From assembly GCA_020137815.1 (NCBI GenBank), contig CM035351.1:8494001-8558000 (forward strand): 64,000 nt of DNA, written 5' to 3'. Shown piece after piece: positions 14,391 to 28,500 of the stretch. Every line of letters starts with the position of its first letter. Within the stretch, counting starts at the first letter, position 1. The notes under the pieces were generated by a model. The model ran no database searches. It saw only the letters and a list, made by a program, of their open reading frames with translations, and was not told the DNA's origin. Source of the stretch: Hormiphora californensis (lineage: Eukaryota; Animalia; Ctenophora). A program made the position numbers and the translations under genes.

Positions 14391-16720
14391 GTTTACAAGG
14401 TTTACAAGGTTTACAAGGTTTACAAATAGATAGTTTTATACAATAAAAAGGGCTTCCCATAGTGGGTCCCCCATAAATTATTTAAACGCTACTCCATACC
14501 GGCCTACACAGATATTAGACATGCCGGAGAGAGATTGTTAGGGAGTACCGGGTATCCCCTAGTGGGGGGACAGTCATTGAAGGTGTTTAGGAACTTCCCC
14601 AGCTCCGCTTTGAATTCACCCAATGATGTACAATATTGACGTTGACCTGTCCCGTAAAGAGTTTGATTGTTATTTCTCTTGTTCTGAAGTGTATAGTGCA
14701 CTGTGCAATATTGATGTGTCTAAGTCATGTGGGCCCGATGGGATTCATGGCAGGATTCTGAAGAACTGTGCGGGTAGCCTATCCTACCCAATCTGGTTGC
14801 TTCTTAATCTCTCTATGTCTACTGGCGTGGTCCCTGACGACTGGAAGCTAGCTTCCATTGTACCTATACACAAAAAAGGGGACAGTAAGGATGTTGCCAA
14901 CTACAGACCGATTTCGCTTCTGTCTCTAGTGGGGAAGATCATGGAGGTGTTGGTTAAGAATAGAATTATGAGTCATTGTGGTTCCATGATTGACCCTAGG
15001 CAGCATGGGTTTGTGGAGGGGAGATCTTGCTTTACTCAGCTCCTCCCTTTCACACACTCTCTTGCTTCTAACCTTAATCATTCAGACTGTGTGCGCACTG
15101 ATGTTGTTTACTTTGATTTTAAGCGTGCATTCGATTCTTGTAATCATGACATCATTCTGAACAAGCTGAAAATCAAATTCGGTTTGGATGGGATGTTGCT
15201 TAGATTTATCAAGAACTACCTGAGAGATCGTAGACAGAAGGTTGTTATTGATGGTGAGTCATCTGAGGAGTTACCTGTCATCTCGGGTGTTCCCCAGGGG
15301 TCCATTCTTGGCCCTGTTCTTTTCACGATTTTCATTAATGACATTTTTGATGAAGTCACCGAGGGTACCCATATTTCTCTGTATGCCGACGACACCAAAA
15401 TTTGGAGAGAGATTGGGTACTGGAGTGATCACCTGTCGCTTCAGCGCTCAATCTCTAACCTATACTCTTGGTCAGTCAGGAACAAAATGTATTTTCACCC
15501 ACAAAAGTGTAAAGTGTTGAGTGTCTCACCCACCGGGGCTCACCACCGCCCCATCCCTCTCCCGTTCTGTGAATTTTTCTACACCCTCAACTCTGTGTTT
15601 ATTGATTATGTTACCAAACAGCTAGATCTGGGTATATTTGTTACCAGTAACTTGAATTGGAGTTCTCACTGCGAGTATATTAACACATGATCTCCAAGTT
15701 CAATTTGTTGCGTAGGACGTGCTATTTTCTTAACAACAGTGCCAACAAGAGATCTCTTTACCTGACCATGGTGCGTTCTCTAATTAAGCACTGTAGTCCT
15801 ATCTGGTGTAACATCGGTAGGACCCAGCTGCTTTCTCTTGAGAAATTGCAGAAGAGAGTTGTCAAATGGATCAGAAATGAACCTATGGCATCATATAGCA
15901 ATGTTCAATACGTGTGTTATCTCAAGGGTCTGAACATTCTTCCTTTCAAGGAACTCTTCTTGTATAATGACCTGCGGCTGTTTTACCAGATTGTCTATAA
16001 TATGGTACAGATTGACATACCGGAGTCTATTAGACCAGTTAATGTTGCCGATCTTCGACCTACGCGTCAAAATCGTGATATTATTGCTGGCTTAGATCGG
16101 ACCACCCTCGTGGACACGAGTAACAGTCACAAGTGCTCCTCTACTTTGCGCGATAGCTTCTTCCATAGGGTCACCAGGTCCTGGAATTTGCTACCGTACG
16201 AACTTCGACAGAGTGACACGTTACCCATCTTCCTGACTGGGCTCAAGAGCTACCTTTTCAGTGATATTGATATCGACAATATTCTATAATTATTCCATCA
16301 CCTTCACCTTTTCACTTCATGAATGTTCCAATTGCTCACCGCTGCCACTGCTGCGGGTCGCCCCTCTCCCCGTGGCTCCCCCCTCTCTAACTGTTAATCT
16401 AGTCTAGCAGCAACAACGATATATTTTTAACTTATTTACCTGTTAAACTTAGCTACATCTAGAGGGGCTTCTTAAGTGCGGGATTCCTGCGTGAAGCCCT
16501 CGGACGCACGGTGTGTGATTTTACTTGATATTTAAAAATGCAAATTGTTTCCGTGATCGTTTGAAACTTCTTCCAATAAAATTGACAAGAGTTTACAGAT
16601 TTCGGTAGACAGTTCCACAAATGGGCCGCCCGACAGCCGAATGAGTTATGGAGCTGATTTGCCCGTTAAGTTTCAGCTCTATAAGGATAAGGTGGTGGTA
16701 TAGCCCGTACCCCTAGCCTC
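14391..16720 (-). mobile_element. 5'-truncated non-LTR retrotransposon 3' end (CR1/L2 group), split by a nested LINE; pieces about 16720-16585 and 14633-14391
   Basis: Joining the pieces restores RLGVRAIP...NSFGCRAAHLWNCLPKSVNSCTSLGEFKAELGKFL, a typical LINE ORF2 C-terminus. Tail of about 4 copies of (CTTGTAAAC) at 14391-14425. Confidence 0.8.
14634..16584 (+). mobile_element. 5'-truncated CR1/L2-type LINE, RT domain and C-terminus with one frameshift near 15688
   Basis: ORFs 14623-15690 and 15687-16289: GPDGI, NYRPISLL, QHGF..GRSC, DFKRAFD, SGVPQGSILGP, LYADDTK, FFHRVTRSWNLLP; AATAAA at 16575; flanked by ACAA duplication (14630-14633 / 16585-16588). Confidence 0.93.
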
Positions 16721-17344
16721 AGAGTCGTTTGGAAGATAATATCAGCTGAGTTTGGAACCAGCCCATTAAAATATCACTGACACAGCAATGTGTTTTCAAT
16801 CTTAGCCGTCGCCACTCCTTTTTTCTGTCGAAGTATGTGTAACGGCACAGACAGATTGGGACCGTCCCGTAGCATCTTGAATTTATTGAGTACACAGGAG
16901 GGCTATGATGTGCGTGAACATGGTGAATGAATACTGAGATCATGGTATACATTACAACTCTTCATCTGAAACTTTTTTGCCGCTCATATTTACAGAGCCT
17001 CCTATCTCCCTCATATCTCCCTATCTAATTATAAACCTGATTCAGGTCCTCTGTAGACTACCTGAATCACGTTCAAATGAGATTTACCTTCCACTATAGC
17101 AGGTTGGTAATCAGGTTGGGATAGAAAGATTTAGGAGATTCAAATTTCGTTCTCTCTACTAAAAAACTCGTTCTCTGAGTTCTCTCCCTCCCTCCATCTT
17201 TCCCTCCATCTTTCTCTTCTCTTTCCTTCTTTTCTCTTCTTTTTCCCTCCTCTCCTTTTCTCCCTTTCTCCCTGACAACCTGAGTCATGTTTACTGCAAA
17301 CTACCTCAAACCTGAATAACTTCAGCTACTGCATGAGGTCGCCA

Positions 17345-17900
17345 TTTTTTCCCCGCCCGGGTGAATGCCGAAGGCATTCACCCGGATGCCTTTTGCAAAA
17401 AGGCATAGGGGTTTAGAATTCGACAAGTTTACATACTAGTGAAGTGTCACGCTTTTTTTGTCCCGTGACGTAACCCATCCATAGCAACCATCCAGTGCGG
17501 AGTGCTCAAAATATCATTTGAAATACTTCACACACGCTCTAATTCAAATTGTCCACGAAGGCGACGCCCGCAAAGTTATTACAGTGCTGAAATGACGCAC
17601 TTTCATTATAACGTGCAGCCCGGCGCCGCGCGCCCCAATTCCTGTTTGCAATTCATATCATTCATCGTTCGGCATGTGTTCGTCATTACAATTGCGCTCT
17701 GGTATTGTCATTGATTACATGAGGTCAGTTGAGTGGAGATCACATAGACTAGAAAAGGAGCCTAATTAGGCAGCTCATCGCCTACACTGTTCTGTCTCAC
17801 CTTTCAGAACCTCATTAGGTCATAGGTGATGGGATGTAATTAAGAGTGTCACATGCCAATGGCGGGGAAATACAGCACTATGGATACATAGTGCAAATAT
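17345..17900 (+). mobile_element. Non-autonomous Helentron/DINE-1-like element (HINE)
   Basis: T-run insertion site; subterminal inverted repeats TTTCCCCGCC (17348-17357) / GGCGGGGAAA (17861-17870); 5' hairpins 17357-17385 and 17386-17406; 3' stem-loop GCACTATG-GATA-CATAGTGC 17875-17894. Confidence 0.65.
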
Positions 17901-18115
17901 TCTTGTTGAAGTAGGTGGCAGCCACTTAGAAGAAGAGGAAGATGAAGATGAAGATAGGCCAAACAATTTTAGACGGGCAATAATAATCTCACAGGTTTTC
18001 TGTTACCAACACCAATACAATGCCTTGATGTCGGATGGAATTGGCTGATAGTCCTGTTGGTTGTGTTGTGCCCTGAAGTTCCCGAAGAATCTTTATTTCT
18101 TTTTTTAGAAAACTG

Positions 18116-19209
<1,094 letters not shown>

Positions 19210-20065
19210 GAAAACTGGATCAAATGCAAATTGGTATCAACTCCTACCTCGTCATTTAAAACTAATAAATGCTCGGTACGTGGTCCTTTGGAGAAGTTCC
19301 TCCTCAAACTGACCCCCTTTATGCAGTTTGTGTTAAAAATAACTCAGGTTTAATGATAAAGTCAGGTCATACCTTGAAATGCGATTTCTCCTCAACTTTA
19401 TCAGCTAGGTGATAGACAATACCTGATTCAGGTATCTCTTTCTCGCTCTCCCCTCCTTCTCTCTCTATCTCTCTTTAGATTTCTCCTGTTATCTCTTCAG
19501 ATCTGATTATATCAACCTGATTCAGGTTCTCTGCAGACTTCTTGAAGTGTATTCAAATGAAATTAAGAGATTTACCTTACATTTTATCAGCTAGGTGATA
19601 CCTGACCGTGAATTATACCTGATTCAGGTTATCTCGCGCTATATTTTCTGCCAATCTCTCCCTCCATCTCTCTCCCTCACCTTTTTGCTGTTATTTAACC
19701 CGATTCAGGTTATCTACAGGCTACCTGAATCTCGTCTGCAGGCTGCAAGGTCCGTTGCACCTCACGCAAGGCAGGGGTATAAAATCCTAATTCTAACCGT
19801 TTCTAGATTATGTAATGCTAGTGTTTTTGTGTTAAAATATTGTCAATTTTAGATCCGCAACAACTTTTTTTTGCTTTGCTTTATTGACTCCTGCCATTTC
19901 ATATTTCCCTCTGCCTATTTCTGACACCGAAAGAGAATGTGAGATACGATAAGATAACATTCTCCCACATTATTTCCTACTTTTTCTGTAGAACTGCAGC
20001 TATCAGCTCTACACCTCCTTATCTCTCCCTCCCCAGTTCTCTGACGGCAACTTCCCTTTAGCAAC

Positions 20066-23000
20066 ATGCCTGCACTCGGGTGCAAATGTATGAACGTCAT
20101 CCTGCACATCAGCTCCCTAAAGGCGTGCAGTGAAGATCCTGGGATGAGTGATGCGATCCTAACTTTGGATGGAATCCAACACCAGCTGGAGTTTTTAGTT
20201 GACGAGAGGAGGCCCGCATCTCCCCCAGGGTGGACTGATTATGCTTGTAAAGTGAGTAACACAGTCATGATGTTTCACATGAGGATACACTTGTGTAGTG
20301 CACATTGTGAATGTGTGTCTGGCACATCAAAACACCCCAACAGGACGCATTTTTGTTGCACTGCCCGTGTGATGTGTGTAGGGCGCGGTAACTCCCTTCT
20401 AGTTGAGGTCGCGCGCGCACGGTCTCACTTTTCATGCGCTGATCACCTGTCTCTCTCGACAACCCGGCATGTCTCGCAGGTGCCGCAGGTGTTACAGGGT
20501 GTTTCATTGATACCTGTTATTAACAATGTTTTGAGTAGTTTAATGGTCGTGGTTATACTTCTCGTCCATTACTACTCAGTTACCTTTCACCCCTGCCATG
20601 CCAATACTCTGACCGCGGTTCTCGAAGAAAAGAGAGTAGGGTCAGGCTCTGACAGTTCCACCCGGCCCTATATTTCCAATTATTTCTAACACCCCCCCCC
20701 CCCCCCCCCCCCGAACAGGTGTGTCATGTGACCTGCTACAGAAAGATCCAACAGAGGGTGCAGGTGTTCCCCTCCCTAACTGACTACACAAACAATCTTT
20801 TGGAGATGCAGAATTCCAAGGATTTTGTTAGTGGATTTAACTTGGTAAGAAGGACATCTCTATCACTGCATCAACTGACATCTGAAACTCACCTTTGGAT
20901 ATTTCCCCTTCTTATTTTCTATAATTTACTCCTATCCAGGTTGTTCCCGTTACGAGTGTAATTGGAAGTGCGAGTGGGGAATCAGTCGGTAAGCAGGACC
21001 TGGGTGAATTAGATAAACTTGCGGGAAATATCAAATCGGACCTGAAACAGGCATCGCAAGACAGAATCGAAGAGATGATCAGAATTGAGAAGGCTAAGCT
21101 TGACAAGTCACTAAAAGAGGTGTGTTTGAATCCCTCAAAAAACTAACTAACTTTTGAACCATCCTAGTTTTAAGTTTATCTAAACCCCTTTCCTTTACAA
21201 TTCGTATTCACCCTGCCACAGATTGACATGGCGGATGCGAGATTAAGGGATTGTTTGAGAAGGTATCACAGGAACGCAGCATCTGCAACAGTACCCTCAG
21301 AACCGCACAACATGCCAACTCGACACTCTGTGTCCCCTGAACACTGTAGAAAGGTAACATTCGGGGATGCCTCTGCGGATCCACCAGCACCGGACCGTAG
21401 GGAGAAGAGGCGGCCCAGTCCCCAGGAAGCAGAGGACTTCTTCCAATTTGACTATGGTAAGTTGTTGCATGGCTAGACTGTGTTTCGGGCGCCCTGTCCC
21501 CTTCCTCTACAAATTTAAAGCGAGGGTTAGAACATAACAAGTAGGGTAGGAGGGGGTAATTCGGGTCACCTTTTTGATTAAAGTGGTATTCCCTTGGTTG
21601 TGGCAGAATGTCTGCACATAAAATCTATTCAATTTATCCAATGTGACACTTGTTAAGATATTTGGACTGTTGAAGTTTTCAAATCCAACCTTTTTCACAC
21701 ATAAAAAAGCCCACGAAATCGTTAGTTTGCGTATTGTTGGTAATTCGGGTCAGTGGCTAAATCGGGCCACACGCGTATTCAGCCAATCACAGCCCTCGCA
21801 AACAAGCACGTGACCAAATGACCCGAATTACCAACACAGCGTGTTGCCGCTGAAATCATGCGGTTAATTCGGGTCACGTGTTTGTAATTCGGGCCAGCTG
21901 TTGGTTGGCTGATGGTTGGCTGTTGGTTGGCTGTCAGAGCGTGTGTATCTAATCATTCCTTATACGGAAGGCACGTGCTACCCATATACGACTTGAGAGG
22001 GGCTGTTACTAAGACAACACTGCATATTTGCAGTGCTGTGTGTACATTTGCTTTGTAGATTTCGTTGTTCTAGAACTGCTGCTCTAGAGGCCCCTAGAGG
22101 CCCCTAAAGGCCCCCTAGAGGACCCTAGAGGCCCCTAGAGGACCCTAGAGGCCCCCTAGAGGCCCCTAGAGGCCCCCTAGAGGCCCCCTAGAGGCCCCCT
22201 AGAGGCCCCTAGAGGCCCCCTAGAGACCCCTTGAGACCCCTTAAGGCCCCCTAGAGGCCCCTAGGGCCCCTAGAGGCCCCCTAGAGGCCCCCAGAGGCCC
22301 CCTAGAGGCCCCCAGAGGCCCCCTAGAGGCCCCTAGAGGCCCCTAGAGACCCCTTGAGACCCCTAAAGGCCCCTTAAGGCCCCTAGAAGCCCCTAGAGGA
22401 CCCTAGAGGCCCCCTAGAGGCCCCCTAGAGGCCCCCTTGAGACCCCTAAAGGCCCCTTAAGGCCCCCTAGAGGCCCCTAGAGGCCCCCTAGAGGCCCCCA
22501 GAGGCCCCCTAGAGGCCCCCTAGAGGCCCCTAGAGGCCCCCTTAAGGCCCCCTAGAGGCCCCTAGAAGCCCCTAGAGGACCCTGGAGGCCCCTAGAGGCC
22601 CCAAGAGGCCCCTAAAGGCCCCCAGAGGCCCAAATCGAGAAGAAAACATAAAATATGGGGCCAGAAATCACTCAAACTTGCTGATTTATCGCAACAATAA
22701 GGTGACCCGAATTAGCCGCTTTGCCTGTGACCCGAATTACAAACATGACCCGAATAAGACACACTGTTTTATGACGTCATTTTGGTAAATCAATAATGAC
22801 GTAATTCCTTCAAAAACTTAGCCAATAAGTGCTGAATTATCCCATTGGATAAAATCATATGTTTTCTTCTCGAAAAAATTCCGCAAATTCACGGGAATAC
22901 CAATTGAATCCAAAATCGGGAAATGAACGATATTCCGTATTTCAAATTTTCCCGCCAAATCTTGTTACATTAGAATGGCCCGAATTACAAACAAGTGACC

Positions 23001-23847
23001 CGAATTACCAACTGACCCGAATTACCCCCTCCTACCCTAAGTTGGCGATGTATCTACAATCTACATTCGAAATGTAATATCCCAATTATTTGAGTGGTAG
23101 GGTTACCTTATATGTATTTGCTTCCAACCAGGGCGAGAGGAAGACAGTATATTTGATGCTTTTGGCCACAACCCAGAGCCACCCGTCGACTATACTTCCT
23201 CTACGGATGATAGCGAAGAGGATTCCTCAGGGTGTGAAGCCGACATGGCAGATATTGTGAGTATCACATCCCGCCCTCACCCCCAAGGGTGGATCCATTT
23301 GGCTCCTTTCCCTGAGTGCTGAGAAGTTCCTTCCTTTCGGCGCCACGGATTTGCTCCTCGCTTCATCACCACCTTACACAACACGAAGTGGTCCCCTTTC
23401 AGATAAAACGATATGTTTGAACAAACCTCTCTCTTACAGGAGGCTGGAAGGTCGGTTCCTGTGTACGGGGGAATAGGACTAAAACAGGGGGGAGATGCTC
23501 CGAGAAAAAGAGCTGGAAGTGTCAAGGTAGTCGACCTATTATTAACCAGTTTTGGATCGGTTTCTCAAAAACGTGATATCTGAACCCTGGCAGAGTCTGT
23601 CAGGCCAATGCTCTAATCACAGTTCTCTCTCGAAAGAAATGAGGGTCAGGTCAATTAATGCTCTGACTGGGCAGAGTGACAGTATAATTCAATTCCATCA
23701 CTATAACTCCCCTCCCTGCAGGTTGATGATATAGCTCACAGTATGAAGCTGATAAGTGCTCAACTCGATGAAGGGGCTGATGATATTCCACGACCCCGGG
23801 TTATGCAATCACGAAGTTACAATCCATCATCCCTTTACGGCCGATGA
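20066..23847 (+). CDS. PRAS40/AKT1S1 (Drosophila Lobe)-like mTORC1 regulator
   Basis: Seven phase-consistent exons 20066-20251, 20719-20844, 20940-21119, 21222-21456, 23132-23256, 23440-23526, 23722-23847. N-terminal GCKCMNV (Lobe-like), TOS-like FFQFDY, acidic tract, SVPVYG, DDIAHSMKLI and DIPRPR matching the PRAS40 C-terminus (SVPVWG...DRIAASMRAL...DLPRPRLNT). Confidence 0.75.
21544..23037. mobile_element. Non-autonomous TIR DNA transposon (TA TSD, Tc1/pogo-like) with internal minisatellite, in PRAS40-like intron 4
   Basis: TIR GGGTAGGAGGGGGTAATTCGGGTCA / TGACCCGAATTACCCCCTCCTACCC flanked by TA; multiple subterminal TGACCCGAATTA motifs. Confidence 0.85.
22085..22632. repeat. 10-12 bp minisatellite (GGCCCCTAGA)n
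   Basis: Directly visible tandem array inside the TIR element. Confidence 0.95.
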
Positions 23848-24345
23848 TACAGAGCTCTTTTAATGGGTGTCAGTTGGGATCGTCCCAGGGACTGGGTCCC
23901 AGCATAGCGACATGATCGGGCTGACAATATATGTGTGCATGGGAACACTTTTATTGAGTGGAATAAACTGAGTTTCATAAAGACTGCAATTACAGAAAAC
24001 AGACTGTTATTAACCACGTGTGACTTTGGTAACCCACTACACGAGAGAAATGTTGGCAACTTATCCCTCTTCTTGATGTTATATAATAACCCTGGGGAGC
24101 TTTTAGCAGAGTCTCTTGCTCTCCCTCAAAGATAATATAATGTGGCCCCTTTTTTAGTATTATTTAGTGTTAACAACATCCTTTTTTAAACCCACAATCC
24201 AATTAATTGTACTCTCTTTCTTTCCAGCTCCCACCCTCTCAATTACAAAACCTTACCTATCACTATATCTCGTGAACGGGTCGCGAGCCTTCTTTTGAGC
24301 ACTGTGCACATATTAACCCTTAACCTCCTATCTTCACAGTTAGCC

Positions 24346-25424
24346 ATGTTTCTAAAGACGCTAACAATCGGTGGAACGGTGGCGTGTTCAGTTCTACTGG
24401 GACACTATAACTCCAACTGTAAAGATGCTAACAAGACGGACCACCCTGCCCGTATTCAGTTCCCAACACGGTCCTGGGATTCCAATTGGGATTGTATGAA
24501 GCCGGACAAAGAAGCCCTGGAGAACTTGACTGATGAGGTACGTGCTCCTTCTCCCCACACACACTCCCGTCTCCCCTTCCCTGGTACTGGGTACATTATG
24601 ACCTTCCCTCCCCGGTACATGTGTGAAGAGAGTCTTCTGAAAAGAGTGGCTGACAAGAGAAGAGTATTCTCTCGTCCACCACTCCATCACACGTTTAGTT
24701 AGTTAGGACATGGGGTTATACTCGTTGAGACTTGAGAGGCGACCTGATTTGAGTGGTCTCTCAGTAAGTATCCATGACTTGCAAACCAGATAAACCTGCA
24801 TAATATTTTTGCATTAGTAATCTGATTTCGAGTAATCGTTATTCATATATTTCGTGCCGGTTTTACCGGTTTTTATTGCTTTGATCTACCTGTAGCCGAA
24901 TTTTAGGGGGCGATAAAATCACAGCTGATTTTTATTTATCCTGCAGGAAAAAGAAGGAAAGATAACGAAAGCAGTGCGGCATCTTTACCTAGTGAGACAC
25001 GGACAATATGAGATGAAAGATGATCCTAAAGACAAGATTCTCACAGGTAAGCAAGAGAAGCACACTCTTATTATACTACGCAGGTGAGACGGAAGCTGGG
25101 ATCCCGAGTTAAATTCGAGGCAATCTTGTGTCATTGGAGGGCCTAATATTGTCGCCGCCTAGACCTAGTCTTATCTCCTCTCTTTAATTTGTTAAGAGGA
25201 CTCTTATCAAATTATAGGTTTAGGAAATGATATACTACTGCCGAGTAGGTTTATGGGCTCAAAGTTCAAAGAAAGGTAACATTCAGACAGGAAATACTCG
25301 TTTTTTTTGGAGAATGCCTTCTTTTCCATAACAAACCTGCAAACATCTCGAGATTATCTTCTAGGATATTTCTAGGATAATCCGAGATGCCGCCTCCCTA
25401 ACTTAATGAATCATTTATTTGTAG

Positions 25425-25506
<82 letters not shown>

Positions 25507-28500
25507 GGGGGGGGGTGCAGCCCAAAAAAAACCAACCATACCCTGGATTTTCAAAATTGTTGATTTTTTTTGGTCGTTTTTGATTTTTTTTGCCTTGTTT
25601 GAACAAAACAAATTTTTTTTGATCTTTTTTGATTTTTTTTGATTATTTTTGATTTTTTTTGATATTTTTTGATTTTTTTGATCTTTTTTGACTTTTTTTG
25701 ACTTTTTTTGATCGTTTTTGATTTTTTTGAATTTTTTTGATCGTTTTTGATTTTATTTGATCGTTTTTGATTTTTTGAACTTTTTTGTTCAACATTAAAC
25801 ATTTAAAAAAATCAAAAACGATCAAAAAAAATCAAAAAAAATCAAAAACGATCAAAAAAGTTCAAAAAAAAATTAAATAAAAATAAAAAAAATCAAAAAC
25901 GATCAAAAACGATCAAAAAAAATCAAAAACGACCAAAAAAATCAAAAACGACCAAAAAAAATCAAAGAATTTTCAATCAAAAACGACCAAAAAAAACCAA
26001 CCATACCCTTGATTTCGGAAAAAGTTTGAATTTTTTTGGGGCTGCACCCCCCCCCCCAGAAAGAGAGAGAGAGAGAGCACAGTCGAACAGATTATTGGCG
26101 GGGAGCCGGAAGGGGACAATGTTTGTTTAATATAACTTTCTGAAATAAACATGATAGGTTTATTATAATGCAAATCCCCCCAAATACCCTCCTCTCCTCT
26201 TAGAGCTGGGACGTGAGCAAGCTGGAATAACGGGGGAGAGGCTGAAGGCACTGTTAGGGGACAAGGTGACTAGTTTCGACATTAGTACCGCAGTGAGGGC
26301 TACAGAAACTGGCAACATCATCCTCAAGCACTTTGATACCGAAGGTATGTATATATATATACTGTATTAAGCCAAAAACTAATTGGAATTAGTTGGCGGG
26401 AAAGGTGGCCCACTTACACCTTTTGCTGCTACCGGGTACCACGAACTGTCATTCTCTTCACGTCACGTCGGTATCTCAATCTCGATCTCTCTCACCCTTT
26501 CTCTTTCTCTATTTCACTCACCTCTTATATCCCTGATACATTTTAAAATAAAACCCGGCATCAGGCAAAGGTGTAAGTGGGCCACCTTTCCCGCCAACTA
26601 ATTCCAATTAGTTTTTGGCTTAATTTAGGTCCCTTTTTGGTTTCTAATGTCAGTATGACATTATTTCATGATGTAAAATTGTCAAAATGATGTGTTATGT
26701 GAGAAACGAGACGAATTTCTGTGAAAATCGTAATTTTGACGTCATTATGACGTCATCTGACGTAATTAGTGACGTCGTAACGACGTAATTGGATCACAAT
26801 ATATTTTGAATGAATACCCTGAAGGAGCTTGTAAAGTATCATTGACCACAGTGGTCAGGAAAGGGAGTTTTTGCTCGAAAAACGTTCATTTTACTGAATT
26901 TTTCGTCAAATTTTTGACTTCCGACGCAATTTAAGGGCTCAAAATGATGAGCTACGAAAATTCGCAATATAGTAACTGAAAGTTCAGACAATTTGCCGGT
27001 AACTATTCTTCGTCAAATCAGAAATCGGAACACGTCTTCAGGGTGCTAGAGGCGTTTGAAAAAAGTTAGTCGATCTCGCGCAATGACGTCACTCGTGACG
27101 TCATTGCGCGCGTTATAAGTAAGATTGAGAGTTGCCACCCAAATGGGTACATGCACGAGACAATTATCTGTCGAATGCCGCTTGGTTTAAGGTCGTACGA
27201 TGTCTGGTTCGTCTCAAACTGGGACCAAACGGAAGGTAATAAAGCGTCTATACATCTATCTATCTATCAACCTAGTTATCCCCACACTGAATTTTCTGTT
27301 TTGGGGGTGGTGTTATAACTTTTGAACAAAATGAGCTAGCCACTTGAAATTTTTACCATCGATAGATGTCTACAAGAAGCTTCTGAGTACAAAATTTCAG
27401 CTTCCTAGCTCATCCGGTTCCGGAGTTATGGCGTGTCAAAAAGTGCCAAAATGGGCTAAAAGTATGAAATAACTATATATACGCTGTGAGCAAGCGGGCC
27501 GTTTTTTGGGGGAATTTTTTTCGGGGGGTTGGATGGGGCCACCTTTGCGCTTGCCAGCGCAGTGATCCATGGAAACCATAGTAACCATGGCCATGACAAC
27601 CATTATAATAACCGTGGCAACCATATTAACCATGGAAACCATCGTTTTGGGAGAAAGATTGACGGGATGCCATAACCAACGTGTTTGCACTTCCCCAACT
27701 TAAAACATTTGTTTATCTTAGTCTTCTCTACCTGTGCCCGATAGGTGAAGGGGTTCCGACGACCGACAGTATTTGACAAATATCAAAACACGCGATCTGT
27801 TTTTGGTGAACTGGTTGTAAAATAAAATATTGGTATCCAGCACAGGCACACACAAAAATAATAAACTCTTCCCAATATGTCAGTCTTTTATTGAACCACA
27901 TCTCTCTTTCTCTCGTTTCCCTCTCTCTCCCCCTTTCTAGTTCTCCTTCACACTAACACACACTGGAAGATGTAATATCAACTGTCCCCTATCTCCTCTG
28001 CATCCAAAAGTGGTAAGCCGCACAGATTGGCATCGGAAGAACGGGGAACATCACCAGGAAAGCCCCAACTGCCTGACCCCATCCCGGATAAGCTACATCC
28101 TCTGTCCACGTCTCGTTCCCTGGTATACCTGGTGTATTTGGGTCCTCGACACACCCCACATAGGCGGTGTAACCCGCAGGAGAGAGGCACTGCTTCACAA
28201 TGCTAGCCAGGAGAATTACTGAGATCAGGATGGGGGAGATATATTTCCAGCACAACTGCCAGTAGATATGAGGCTTAGATCCCGTCATGTACTCTATATC
28301 ATCGTTAAACCTCTCCAGTCCGTAGATCCATGACACCGCCAGGCACTGTGCAATACCGATAAACAGCAGGGGGATTGCAACGGAGAATGTATCGTATATG
28401 CTGAACACGTAGAGACCACCTTGGGTGCACATGGGGAGGCCAAGGACACACAAAATACAGCAGACAATGAGACAGAGAAGTTCCTTCCTGATCTTTTTGA

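Noticed and set aside
14391-16600. Head-to-head twin-priming chimera of two LINE RNAs with GTTTACA TSD
   Set aside because: The minus-strand LINE ORF continues on the far side (16585-16720), so it is a simple nested insertion.
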